A DNA stretch of 46,686 bases from Octopus sinensis (Eukaryota): positions 1 through 46,686 of the forward strand of contig NW_021835037.1 of assembly GCF_006345805.1 (NCBI RefSeq), written 5' to 3'. A program made the translations under genes and the position numbers. The notes under the pieces are model-generated. The model did not search any database and was not told the origin of the DNA. It worked only from the letters and a program-made list of their open reading frames with translations. Each line of letters starts with the position of its first letter. Position 1 is the stretch's first letter. Of this stretch, positions 14,223 to 26,100 are shown in pieces.

Positions 14223-14431
14223 CGGGAAGCTTTATGAAAATAGACAAAAGACGAAGGCAGGTGGAAAACAAACAAACAATTGTATTAGTATGGCGCTCAG
14301 GAAATATAAATAAAACAAGTCTTTAACGTTTCGAGCCTACGCTCTTCAACAGAAAGATACACAGAGAGAAAAAAAACACAGAAAGAAGGAGAGAAAAAAA
14401 TGCGTGCAGTAACTAACGAATCAACATGGCG
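14221..14431 (-). mobile_element. Short non-coding hammerhead-bearing element (PLE-derived or retrozyme-like) inside (TA)n
   Basis: ~210-bp island flanked by (TA)n on both sides; shares gtatta...cgctcaggaa...taacgtttcgagc...gctctt with 20866-21072. Confidence 0.55.
14320..14357 (-). ncRNA. Minimal type I hammerhead-like motif (variant core)
   Basis: UCUUU-CUGUUGA-A-GAGC(GUAG)GCUC-GAAAC-GUU-AAAGA: stem I 5 bp, stem II 4 bp, palindromic AACGUU in place of stem III; core A6 is U. Confidence 0.5.
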
Positions 14432-15049
14432 ATATATATATGGAGCCATATTTGTTTGTGAATGTCTTGTTTCTACCGTCAAGAGTTGATATATATATAT
14501 ATTGTTCGATACACTTTAAGATAAATTCCTGTTCATGTATCCCTGAATCTAAGTTCTTTGTATAGCAAAATTATAGAGTTATATAGTGTGAATGTGAAGG
14601 TAATTCGATTCCATCGACACCTAGGATTGAAGGGCCAATTGACACCTGTAAGGTATGAACTCACAATATAAGGAATTGGAATATTTACCACAATGCATTT
14701 TGTAATGGGCTTCAATGATTTTATCAAAAGAAATCCTCATATTCTTTATTCTAATTTCCCGACGGCCAGGAATGTGCGGGTTTTGTAATGGTTGGTTACT
14801 CTGACTCTACTCTTTCACCGGTAATTGCGTGTATCGATTCCAGAATGATAAACACCACTGCACCTTGGTTTAAATCATTGCTGCAAGGTGCTTTGTTTCA
14901 CGCTGTAGCGATGCTAACCCCAGTGGACCCAGTTTTTCCTGCTAATGATTTCAAAATAGACCATGCCTTTATGAAGGTATCAAGCAAAGGAGCTCAATTT
15001 TTGCGATGTTCCTCACCTACGATAATTTTCTTTGCATATGTTTGGAAGG

Positions 15050-15170
15050 CGAAGGTGTGGCTACCTGGTAAGAAATTTGCTTACCAGCCACATAGTTCTG
15101 TGTTGAATCCCAGTGCGTGGCACCTTCGGCAAGTATTTTCTGCCATAGCCTCGGCCGACGAGACGCATGT
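15050..15170 (+). mobile_element. SINE family 2
   Basis: ggtaagaaatttgcttaccagccacatagttctgtgttgaatcccagtgcgtggcaccttcggcaag. Confidence 0.65.
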
Positions 15171-15769
15171 AGGATGAAAGATGAAAAATTAAAGATAAAT
15201 TTTACCCATGTTCCATACTTTATTCCAGCTTAAAATATTCGCAAACAAAGAACTTCTGGTGATTTTCCTATTTGTGTTCTAAATCTATAAACTTACATTG
15301 TATCTACCTAAATGCTTCCTATAATACTTGGCTCGAATCTGTTAATTGTGATTCTTTTCTCCACGTTTTCAAATCTACGTTTGGTGTTTACAAAAGTTTC
15401 AAAATATTTTACGAAATTTCTTTCCGTTTTACTCGGGTTCTTCTCTCCATTGATTGTCAGAGTCCAGATAGAACTTCTTGACACTTCTTCAGAGGGGGGG
15501 GAAGCCATGTTAAATCACGAATGAAAAATATTACAAATGTATAAAATACAGAGAATTTTGAAAGGGAGAAAAGAAAAAAGAATGTCTTTGATATTTCTAC
15601 TGCTGAGTAATGAGGTGGACTCTAAACTGCTCTGAAATTCTTCGTTGGCAAAATGAGTCTCACCTCCAGTAAAAACGAAAAAAAGAAAGAAAATGCAAAA
15701 GTCTCTTTCTATCAAATTAGACGTGGTAAATACAAATCTTCCCCGCAGCGGTGTTAAACACGCTCGTTC

Positions 15770-15871
15770 ACAACAATAACAACAACAGCAGCAGCAGCAG
15801 CAGCAACATCAGTAGCTGCTACAACAACAAGAGCAAGAAGAAGGGCAACAACAACAACAACAGCAATAATA

Positions 15872-15960
<89 letters not shown>
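15770..15960. repeat. Compound trinucleotide microsatellite (CAA/CAG/ATT/AAT)
   Basis: Directly visible. Confidence 0.9.
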
Positions 15961-15961
<1 letters not shown>

Positions 15962-16262
15962 GCGGCAAACGCCATAAAAGATAATACTGGAAGTAAAGAT
16001 GATGAAAAAAAAAATGAAAGAAAAGTGAAGAATTTACATGGGTAGGGGTGGGGTACGTGGTAAAGAATGTATGGAGTTATGGGCTGGTGGGGTGGGGGTG
16101 GGGGAATTAGTGAAGAAAAGTTCTGCTAAATTGGTGCCAAGTTTGCAGTTTGTAGAGACATAAAAAATTGGTAACTATAAATACATGACATTTGTGTTGG
16201 AATACTCAAACTGACTCGATTCATCTCTCTCTCTCTCTCTCTCACTCTCTCTCACTCTGTCA

Positions 16263-16298
<36 letters not shown>

Positions 16299-16785
16299 AT
16301 GTAGCTTGTACTCTCCTTGTATTCATCTGTCATTTTCTTGTTTTTGCAGTTTTCAGTCTGTCTGTTTGTCTGTGTGTGTGTGTGTGTGCACTTTCGCATG
16401 TGTGTGTGTGCGTGTGGCTATGTGTGAGTATATGTGCGTCTCGAATGCTTGTCACAACACATGTGGTTTCTTAGTCTACGAGTGTATAAATCACCGAAAT
16501 GTTGTTGGTAAATGTGTTTTCTTGTTTGAGTAACAGGCTACATACATATGTGCATCTTCGTGCCTGTATGTGTGTGTAAATACGTACGTATGTATGTATG
16601 CATGTGTGGGTGTGAATGTGTGTATATGTGTGTATATAAAGATAGACAGACAAATAGATATAGGTATATATACATATAAATACATATACATATATATATC
16701 CATACATATATATCCAATATCAAAAGCACATCTATTTATCTAATGTATATATATTTATATACATCTGTTTATCCAATGTATACAT

Positions 16786-16830
<45 letters not shown>

Positions 16831-17311
16831 CATACTCACACACACACCACACCCATATAGTCACAATGAGGACATTTAAACCAATGTCTGTTATCTACCT
16901 CAATAATATATATATATAGAGAATACGAGGGGTTAATTTCCCTGTCGATGTAAACGAATAGGTAGGCTGTCATGTTCGCAGTTGGGGCTGGAGCTAGGGA
17001 TCCGTAGCAGGTATCCGAATCAATATTAAAGGGAAATGAAGAAAAGAAACCAAGGCAGGACGAGTATCTCAGCTTATTTAGAATATTCTGGGAAATTTAT
17101 TCTCCTCTCGTTATTCTTCAATCTACTGCTTTATTCTTTGATACTCTGTGAATTCTGCTTGGAACTTTCCTGCAGACAAATCCTGTCTCTGATGACGGTA
17201 TACCCGGGGTATGGAGGTGTTGAGCCACCACCTGGGACATCTAGAAACAGCTGTAAGACATTCACTACTTTTACTTCTCCTTTAATACTTTCTTTAATAT
17301 ACACACACGTA

Positions 17312-17319
<8 letters not shown>

Positions 17320-17365
<46 letters not shown>

Positions 17366-17975
17366 CATATATATATTTATATATATATATATGTATACAC
17401 AATATACATATATATATATGTTTGTATGTATCTATGTATATATATATATATACATACACATACATACATACATTATATATATATATATATATATACACAC
17501 ATGCATACATACATAATACATACATACATGCATACATACATACATGCATGCATACATACATATATACATACATACATATATACATACATGCATGCATACA
17601 TACATATATACATACATGCATACATATATACATACATGCATACATACATGTATACATACATACATACATACATACGTACATACATACATGCATACATACA
17701 TACATACATGCATACATACATACACACATACATGCATACATACATATATGCATACATACATGTATACTTACATACATACATACATACATAATACATACAT
17801 ACGTACATACATACATGCATACATATATACATACATGCATACATACATAATACATACATACATACATACATACATACATACATACATACATGCATACATA
17901 CATATATACATACATGCATACATACATACATACATAATACATAAATACATACATACATAAATACATAGACTTACA
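17320..17975. repeat. Long (TACA)n/(TA)n microsatellite
   Basis: Directly visible; the 17036-17984 ORFs are translations of it. Confidence 0.95.
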
Positions 17976-17989
17976 TACGTTCATTTGCA

Positions 17990-20260
17990 GTGGAAGAAGC
18001 CACCATCAGTACTGATGAGGTGTTTTCATGTAAACCTTAACAAATTTTGAGTTTTCCTCGTCAGAATTGCTAATCTCATTTAGCAAATATCACAAATGCT
18101 TTCATCAACTCTGTTACCTTAATTACATTGATTTATTATCTGTGCAAAGTTCTGATGACCATGTTTTCATTATCCCTGGCGTTCCTTAATGCAGCCTCCA
18201 TCTTAGGAAACATTCCACCCCCCATCTCTAAGAGCTTCTGGCATTTTTATATCAAAATCAGAATAATAGGTCATTGACCAAAATATTGCTTCATAGACTT
18301 GAACTTCTCGCTCGTTTTATAGCCATTTGAGAATATTTGTCCTGCTAAACCTCCATCTTTATATCTTTTGAGAATCTCGTAACGAGACCAACTCTTTTCT
18401 TCTTGCAACTCATATTTTTGGCATAAATATTCAGTCTGCGTAGAAATGAGCAATATCTTAGTTTGGTATTTTTATATTCTTGCCAGCGAATCGCGTATTT
18501 CTTCTCATTTGTTCAGCAAATAAAAAAGAGGTTTTTACTCAAAGAATAAACAATATTGAGGAGGGAGGGAGAGAAAGAGAGAGAGAGAGAGAGAAAGGAG
18601 AGAGAGAGAGAGAGAGAGAGAAAGAGATAGAAAGCGATTCTCTTGACACAAACGCCTGTGGTATTGTATCTCTTTGATCAGTTGCTATAGATCCAAGACT
18701 TGATATAACTTGAGAAAGAAAGTTCAAGATGTCAGATTCTCTGTAGTCCTGATAATGGTATTTGGAACTTTTGAGAGGGGAACCTCATTTAATGCTTTCG
18801 AATGAATATGTTAGACTATGATTAAGCACCCCCTGTACTTCTGCACCTCGCACAACAATTTTTTAAAGTCAAGATTTGTTTAACACACCTTCGAGGCCTT
18901 CCCCATTCCCAGATGCCTCAACTGCTGCGCAAATATTGCTGTTAGTGATGCTGGAAGAAGCTTTCAAATGTGAAATACATTCGATGCATGACATTCTGAC
19001 ATTCAGTTGACAGCCATATTTCCCCAGGCGACAGCTTTAACGTATGAGTTTTGCTTCTGCCAGCAGCAAGCAGTTTGGTATGTTCACATCTCTGATGAAA
19101 GTTAGCTAGTGATGGACAATGAAATACTTCCCATAGGTGTCGTTGTTGTACCTGTATACGACAGCCGTGTCTATTCCTGGTGCTTTTCTAAGGCGGTGAG
19201 CTGGCAGAAACGTTTGCACGCCGGATGAAATGCTTAGCGATATTTTATCTGCTGCTACGTTCTAAGTTCAAATTCCGCGGAGGTCGATTTTGCCTTTCAT
19301 TCTTTCGGGGTCGAATAAATAAGTACCAGTTTCGCACTGGGGTCGATATAATCGACTTAATCCGTTTGTCTGTCCATGTTTGTCTTCTCTGTGTTTAGCC
19401 CCATGTGAGTAGTAAAGAAATAAGCATGTCTTTTGCTTTTACGTTCTGAGTTCAAATTCCGCCGAGGTCGACTTTGCCTTTCATCCTTCCAGGGTTGATA
19501 ATTTAAGTTCCAGTGGCGCACTGGGGTCGATCTAATCGACTGGCCACCTCCTCCAAAATTTCGGACCTTGTGCTTAGAGTAGAAAAGATTCCTGGTGCTT
19601 CTCTATTCTGAAGTTTTTGAAATATTCTGAAATGCCTCACACTTTATTCTACATCATTTTTGGCCAATCCATCTTGTATCCTAATTAAACCGCTCTGCTC
19701 CGTTCTAGATTCTTCTCCAGAATGAATCTATATCCTTCTGAGAAAAATCCTCTCTGATATTTATTGATTTTCTTGTCATATTTCTATAAACTGCTGATTA
19801 ATTTCGATTAAACTTCTTGTTAATTATTTTTCTTTTAGCCGCTCTCTTCTGATGCCCTCAGTTCTTCACAAACATCTTTCATCTTCGGTTTCATAGAAAT
19901 TAATTTGTACTCATCTGTTCACAATTTGCTACCCCCGAACACTTTGCTGATCAAAAATGAAGTTATTTGACTGTTTACAAGAGATAAGCAGCACCGACTC
20001 ACCGATAGTTTCCCGAACACCAATAATCCCTTTTTCCATTTCCAAAATTCACGATAGCGTTTTTTGTATTTGCTTTATTTGCCTTTAATTCTTCGGTATC
20101 TTCCAACTGCTGCTTTCCACCACCATATTTCTTAACCGTTCATATATCGGAATGAGAAGGTTTTACAATATTGTGAATATATTCTCGACCATTTTCGCTA
20201 AGCATCGTTGGATCGCTAGAATTCTGCTTTGTTACTCATTTATGCTTCATGCTGTTTCTC
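17990..20260 (-). mobile_element. Decayed R4/Dong-clade non-LTR retrotransposon, fragmented
   Basis: Minus-strand translations in correct order: NKKFNRN*SAVYRNM...DSFWRRI* (pre-RT, ~19690-19830); IHSKALNEVPLS (compare IDYKKAFDSVPHS, ~18780-18820); HFYAD/LNIYAKN...TRFSKDIKMEV*QDK...IKRAR (RT catalytic region, ~18310-18450); LTRKTQNLLRF (compare LDRKTRKLLTM, ~18030-18070). Many stops and frameshifts. Confidence 0.65.
19191..19587 (+). mobile_element. Dimeric SINE family 1 with 18-bp target-site duplication
   Basis: Head aggcggtgagctggcagaaacg; two cores; TSD attcctggtgcttttcta (19173-19190) and attcctggtgcttctcta (19588-19605). Confidence 0.88.
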
Positions 20261-20816
20261 TGAAGTGGCTATTTTAAAACAAACCAAAAACAAGACAAAC
20301 AAAACGTAAAAGAACGAAAAGAAAAGAAAAAGAAAGAAACGCCTGAAGCTTTACCGGAAAGGTTCCCCCGAGCAAGCACTCTTCATGGTCTTTGCTCTTC
20401 CAGCTTGCAGAAAAAATTTCTGTACTGACCGCTGTTTGTCTGACAACATATAAGGATCTGGTTGGGCACGAAACCACAATGCCTTTATTTTGTATTGTTA
20501 AATGTTTTAATTCTGTTTTCCTCGCATACAGTTTTTCTCTGTTATCTTGGTGCGATACGGTGGATTAATTTAAGACTGTAGCTCTTATTTCTAGCAGGTA
20601 GATGCTTGTTTAGCATCATTACGCTTCGTGCAAAGTTATATTTATATATATGTGTGTGTGTATATATATACATACAAATTCATATATACTTATGTGTGTG
20701 TGTATATCAGTGTTTGTGCGTGTAATGTGAGCGTGTAGATGTGATACAGACTTTCAGATGAACAATCAGACCAACAAATATGGAATGTGTCGTGTAAAAA
20801 GAGATACTGGGAGATA

Positions 20817-20865
<49 letters not shown>

Positions 20866-20869
<4 letters not shown>

Positions 20870-21071
20870 TAATCCAAACATGAAAACACAAAGAGGAAAA
20901 CACAACAACGCGAGGTCGTGGAACAAATATAGTATTATTGGACGCTCAGGAAGGAAGGGAAGAAGGAGGGTTTAACGTTTCGAGCGGAGCTCTTCGTCGG
21001 AAACATAGGAGAAGGAGAAGATCCAGAGAAGGGAAGAGAGAGGAAAAAAATCGCCAACGGTACACACGTGG

Positions 21072-21072
<1 letters not shown>
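20866..21072 (-). mobile_element. Short non-coding hammerhead-bearing element, related to 14221-14431
   Basis: Lies between (TA)n and (CA)n; shares motifs with the 14.2-kb element. Confidence 0.5.
20970..21004 (-). ncRNA. Minimal type I hammerhead-like motif (U4C variant)
   Basis: GUUU-CCGACGA-A-GAGC(UCC)GCUC-GAAAC-GUU-AAAC. Confidence 0.5.
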
Positions 21073-21143
<71 letters not shown>

Positions 21144-21328
21144 GATATATATATATATATATTGATAAAAACGGTAAGATAACAAAAGAAAGAGAGAGAC
21201 CTCGATATTATGTAAATAGAGGAATTCATCTGTAGATGTAATATGTGACAATTATTCGGAAATCCACCTCGGCATCTGAAACTTGGAGTTTCATCATGGC
21301 TATCGAATAATTGTCATATATATTATAT

Positions 21329-21379
<51 letters not shown>

Positions 21380-21380
21380 G

Positions 21381-21444
<64 letters not shown>

Positions 21445-21449
21445 ATATA

Positions 21450-21482
<33 letters not shown>

Positions 21483-22021
21483 GTTTGCTGTTATTTTGTT
21501 TAATACTGTGACCTCCTTGATTTGTTAGGCATATAATCAAATCTATACCATCCGTGACCATCTCATCTGTTATATATAGGATTGTTCTATTTGTTTTAGT
21601 GTTCTGTGTTTGGTATTTGAGTAATTCTGCTTGTATGGCAGCTTCCATCCATCGCTACTCAGCGGAAAAGGATTATGATTGAGAACTCCGAGTTGGTTCG
21701 GACAGATTTCTGGCTTTGGCACCAACTCAAACTTTTTTACAGGCATTTTATGATATTCCTCTCTTATTTATTCAGCTAATACTTAATGTGTGTGCGCGCG
21801 TGAGTGTGTGTGTGTGCGTGAGTGTGTGTGTATGCGTGAGTGTGTGTGTGTGTGTACAAGCGCGTGTATTCGTGCGTGAGAGGGTGCATGTAAAAATAAA
21901 GATAAGTCTATAGAATGCAAACCGCCACATGTGCCGCATTCTGCGCTAATCACATGGTGTTGACATCGCCAGAATTTTAATTTCCAATGGTTGAAGTGCT
22001 GGCATCACTAACATTAATAAC

Positions 22022-22085
<64 letters not shown>

Positions 22086-22339
22086 TAATAATAATAATAC
22101 TGATGGTATAAATAGGGGCTGCAATAAGGGTGGAGCACTTGTAGAAAACAGCACTGCTTGGAACCGCCCGAATACTACGGAAGATGTTCGAAAAATAAGA
22201 GGTGTTACCTTAGTTCCCTGATAGTGAACAGCTGACATTGTAGTACATCTCCAGCGCTAGAAGCTGTGCAAAGAAGAAAAAAAATACTCTTCTACTGTAG
22301 GCAAATAGCCTGAAATTTGGGGGAAGAGGTTTCTCTCTT

Positions 22340-23340
22340 CAGACCGATCCACCACTATCTGTTGACGATAAACCCCGTCAACTGCCCTTTAACTAGTTTG
22401 CTAATCCGGTCCCTCTAGTCTTTGCGAGCCGGTAAGGACACATTCAACTTCCAGAGTACCGGTTACCTGTCTATCTAAATCGACTGAGTTTATCACAAAT
22501 TTGTGATCTTTGTAGCCAACGAATTTAAATTGTGGATAACCTAGGCAGTCCCTATCCTCTGACCTAAAAAATACTCTATCTAAATACGATCTGAATGACC
22601 TGCTGAAGTTGCTCAATGCCAACACTGGCACATGAGGGAAGTCCAGTCGGTACCTATCAGAAAGAACGAATGTCCCGAGCAGGTATTCAAGACTTTTACA
22701 CCCGTACTTAGTGATCTAAGGATTTCCGGAGTGGTACTGATACACTGGCACCTGCTGCCGATAGACCACAAGCCGAGAAACTTGAAGAAGAAGTCAATGA
22801 GAGCTCTACCAAAGAGTAATGTATCTGTCCTCATGCCTGTCAGCCTTGTCCACTAAAAACCGCTTTCGCCACGGCCACCAGACAAAGGAAAATTGCTTTG
22901 CCTACCCATTTGAAGGAGGGCGGCGGTGCGATCCTCACTACAAACTCTGCCGACAGACGGATCCGTCCCACGCGTAACAGCAGTTGTTCGACGTAACCCT
23001 ACAAGTCAGCAATGTCCGGACATTGAGCGAGGGAGTGCAAATTGGACACGTCCGTTGGACAGTACATCCGTGCCAGCCTGTAGAGTTTATCTCGAACTGA
23101 TAGCCCCCCACCCCACCCCGTACTACTGCCAGGCCAAAGACATCTGGAAATTATCCACGATAGCTCCTGACGGGAAAGCCCTCGGAACGGAATAGCCATT
23201 TTGTTCTCGTCGGAGGCCACAGACTCCCCGAGAACGTAGTCGCTCTTTCTCGCCACTAATCCTCTATAAATTTCTAAAGTGGAACATCTACCAATTCCAT
23301 TGCCCGACTGGTAGAGGGGTGTGCGCACCTGAAGACATTT
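22340..23340 (+). mobile_element. Decayed C-terminal part of an RLE-type (R2/NeSL-like) non-LTR retrotransposon
   Basis: RRAAVRSSLQTLPT (compare A.RLR.NTLPT), followed by a degenerate zinc-knuckle-like stretch (QQCPD...IGHV across frames); ends in a (CAA)n tail at ~23346. Confidence 0.4.
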
Positions 23341-23345
23341 TAGGT

Positions 23346-23377
<32 letters not shown>

Positions 23378-23579
23378 AAAACAATGACAATAACAATAAT
23401 AATTATTATTATAATATGCACTGATGTTGCACTAGGCAGTGGCTCCCGTAACTTTTGGAAGTGTTATCATGTACATTGTTTTGTCTTGGTATAAAAGATG
23501 GGCTACAGCAAATATTCTACTCAATACCACAGATTTGCCTGTCAGTTGTTTGACCGTAACCAGTTGAGCATCTCCCTTA

Positions 23580-23845
23580 GTGGCTGCCTTCAGCAGTTTT
23601 GGCATCGTGGGAATGAGAATGAAGAAGGCTATCCACAGTGCCACCGATGCGGCAGAGGGGCAGATGACTGTAGATCAAAAGTGGAGAGCCATGGGGTAGC
23701 TAGATGGCCATCTGGACACAAGTTGGGGTCTGAGCAGCCCCAGGTGAGTCACCTGGGGGAGGGTTTATGACGTTGAAAGACCCGAAACACCTGATGATAC
23801 CAGGCACATAACTGAAGAAGTTTCCAGATGCATCAGTCATTGATG
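23580..23845 (+). mobile_element. 3' end of a HERO-type non-LTR retrotransposon
   Basis: AFSSFGIVGMRMKKAIHSATDAAE...*IKSGEPWG matches the HERO C-terminus (..LGI.G..R.RAI...T.AAE.ASRWLWIKRGEPW), then the 3'UTR ggggtctgagcagcccc...gttgaaagacccgaaacacc. Confidence 0.7.
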
Positions 23846-23889
23846 AGTGAACACAACGAATAATAATAACCGTTTCCACTGGAACCACT

Positions 23890-24062
23890 GGGCCTTAAAT
23901 TTGTGGGAAGGGATTCAGCTGATTACATTGACCCCAATGTTCAACTGGTACTTATTTTATCGACCCCGAAATGATGAAAGGCAAAGTCGACCACGGTGGG
24001 ATTTGAACACAGAACGGAGCAATGGGCGAAATAACGCTCAGCGTTCTTCCAACTCACCGCCT
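23890..24062 (-). mobile_element. SINE family 1
   Basis: Core plus head, ending aactcaccgcctta. Confidence 0.7.
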
Positions 24063-24105
<43 letters not shown>

Positions 24106-24472
24106 GCCACCACTACCGCTGCTGCTGGTACTACTACTAACGATAATAATAACAATGATAATAATAATAAGAAGAAGAATAAGAATAATAATAAGACGTA
24201 AGAAAAGAAGGAGGAGGAGAAGAAGACGAAGAAGAAGAAGGAGAAGGAGAACAACAGCAACAACAAATGTAACAGCAAAATTTCTTCATCATCGCTGTCT
24301 TTATCATCGTCATCAGTATTGTCGCTGTTGTCGGCGGTGTCATCATCATCATCACCATCATTAGTATTGTTGCTGGTGTTGTTATTGTTTTTCTTCTTCT
24401 TCTTTTCTTCTTCTTCTTCTTCTTCTTCTAGTATTATATTATTATTATTATTATTATTATCATTATTATCTA

Positions 24473-24537
<65 letters not shown>

Positions 24538-24585
24538 CTATATTATTATTATTATTATATTATTATTATTATTATTATCATTATA

Positions 24586-24631
<46 letters not shown>

Positions 24632-24639
24632 CATTATTA

Positions 24640-24687
<48 letters not shown>

Positions 24688-24703
24688 TTTATTATATCAT
24701 ATC

Positions 24704-24740
<37 letters not shown>

Positions 24741-24921
24741 CATATTATATTATTATTATTATTATTATTATTCTTATTATATTATTATTATATTATTATT
24801 ATCATTATTATCATTATTATTATTATTATTATATTATTATTATTATCATTATTATTATTATTATTATGATTATTATTAGTATTATTATTTTATTATTATT
24901 ATATCATTATTATCATTATTA

Positions 24922-24979
<58 letters not shown>

Positions 24980-25175
24980 CATCATCATCATCATCATCAT
25001 CACCATCATTAGTATTGTAGCTGTTGTTGTTATTGTTTTTCTTCTTCTTCTTCTTCTTCTTATGATGATGATGATGATGATGATTATTATTATCATTATT
25101 ATCATTATTATTATCATTATTATTATTATTATTATTATTATCATTATTATTATTATCATTATTATTATTATCATC
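24062..25175. repeat. 1.1-kb compound trinucleotide array (TAC, AAT, AAG, GAG, CAT, TTC, ATT, GAT)
   Basis: Directly visible. Confidence 0.95.
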
Positions 25176-25616
25176 TCTTCGCTACCTTTTTTGCATTGTG
25201 AATATTCAAGGCTGGAATGTTAGTTTGATGAAGGAACGAATAATAAAAAAAAACACAAACCGAATAAAGTAAATATAAAGAAACAATTGTTTAAGAATGT
25301 AGCCCCCCCCTCCTTCCGCGTCTGTCTATTAAGTGTTAATTACGAGTGTTTACCAGTTCGGGACGTGTTTTGTTGTCTTTTATTACATTTTTTATTATAT
25401 TTTTTTATGCTGGAGATTAAAACAGGAAAAAAACTAGCGAAATTAGTTTCGAGAATATACGCAACGTGTAACATGGGAGGGAAACTGCTTAGGCTGTTGC
25501 AGTCACGATCATAAAGTTACGCTTCTAGTTCGAATCCCAGACGAAATAGAACGTTATGTTCTTCGGTAAGGCATTTCATTTCATGTCGTTCCATTTCACT
25601 CAACTGAAAATTCGTC

Positions 25617-26100
25617 GTGGTGGTCACTTTTACCTTTCCAGATGAGAATAATTATGTTCCTATTTCAGTCAGGTTTTATGAGGATTCTGCATTAAATCAA
25701 GCGGATGATCTGCCACAAGAGCAAGACTGCAGTAGGCCCACGTTCCTTGATCATTTCCTCATGGATGCCACAGATACCAGCTGCCTTCTCGTCCATTGGC
25801 TGATTTACCGCCGTGCGAACTTTGACCATGAATGGTGGATCACTGCTGATTGCCAGGTCGATCACCAAATGGTGAAGGTATGCTGAAGTGCCTGTCGTAG
25901 TTATAATCACTGGCCGACGCCCATCCAATAGGGTTGCCATAGTTACTCGCAAAGGGCCAACATCAGAGGCAGATGGGAGTAAGCCCTGAAAGAGAGGACA
26001 TTTCATGCCCCTATCCCAATAGGTCTCCTCAGGTTGAAGCGGCACTCCCTACACCTAGTAGATGACAACTATGCACCAGTCAGAAGGCAACCCTTCTGGC
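25617..26100 (-). mobile_element. RTE/BovB-like LINE fragment (start of RT)
   Basis: DPPFMVKVRTAVNQPMDEKAAGICGIHEEMIKERG...PD*NRNIIILIWKGKSD matches RTE motifs (PP...EV..A......KAAGICGI.AE.LK.GG; PDW..G.I.PLWKGKGD). Confidence 0.75.

Noticed and set aside
14530-15040. Possible CR1/L2-like LINE fragment on the - strand (AWSILKSL, GIELPSHSH)
   Set aside because: The motifs are too weak and too close together to call without a database search.
23760-23815. gaaac/ctgatga motifs in the HERO 3'UTR as a permuted hammerhead
   Set aside because: GAAAC and CTGATGA are only 2 nt apart, leaving no room for stem III, the cleavage triplet and stem I.
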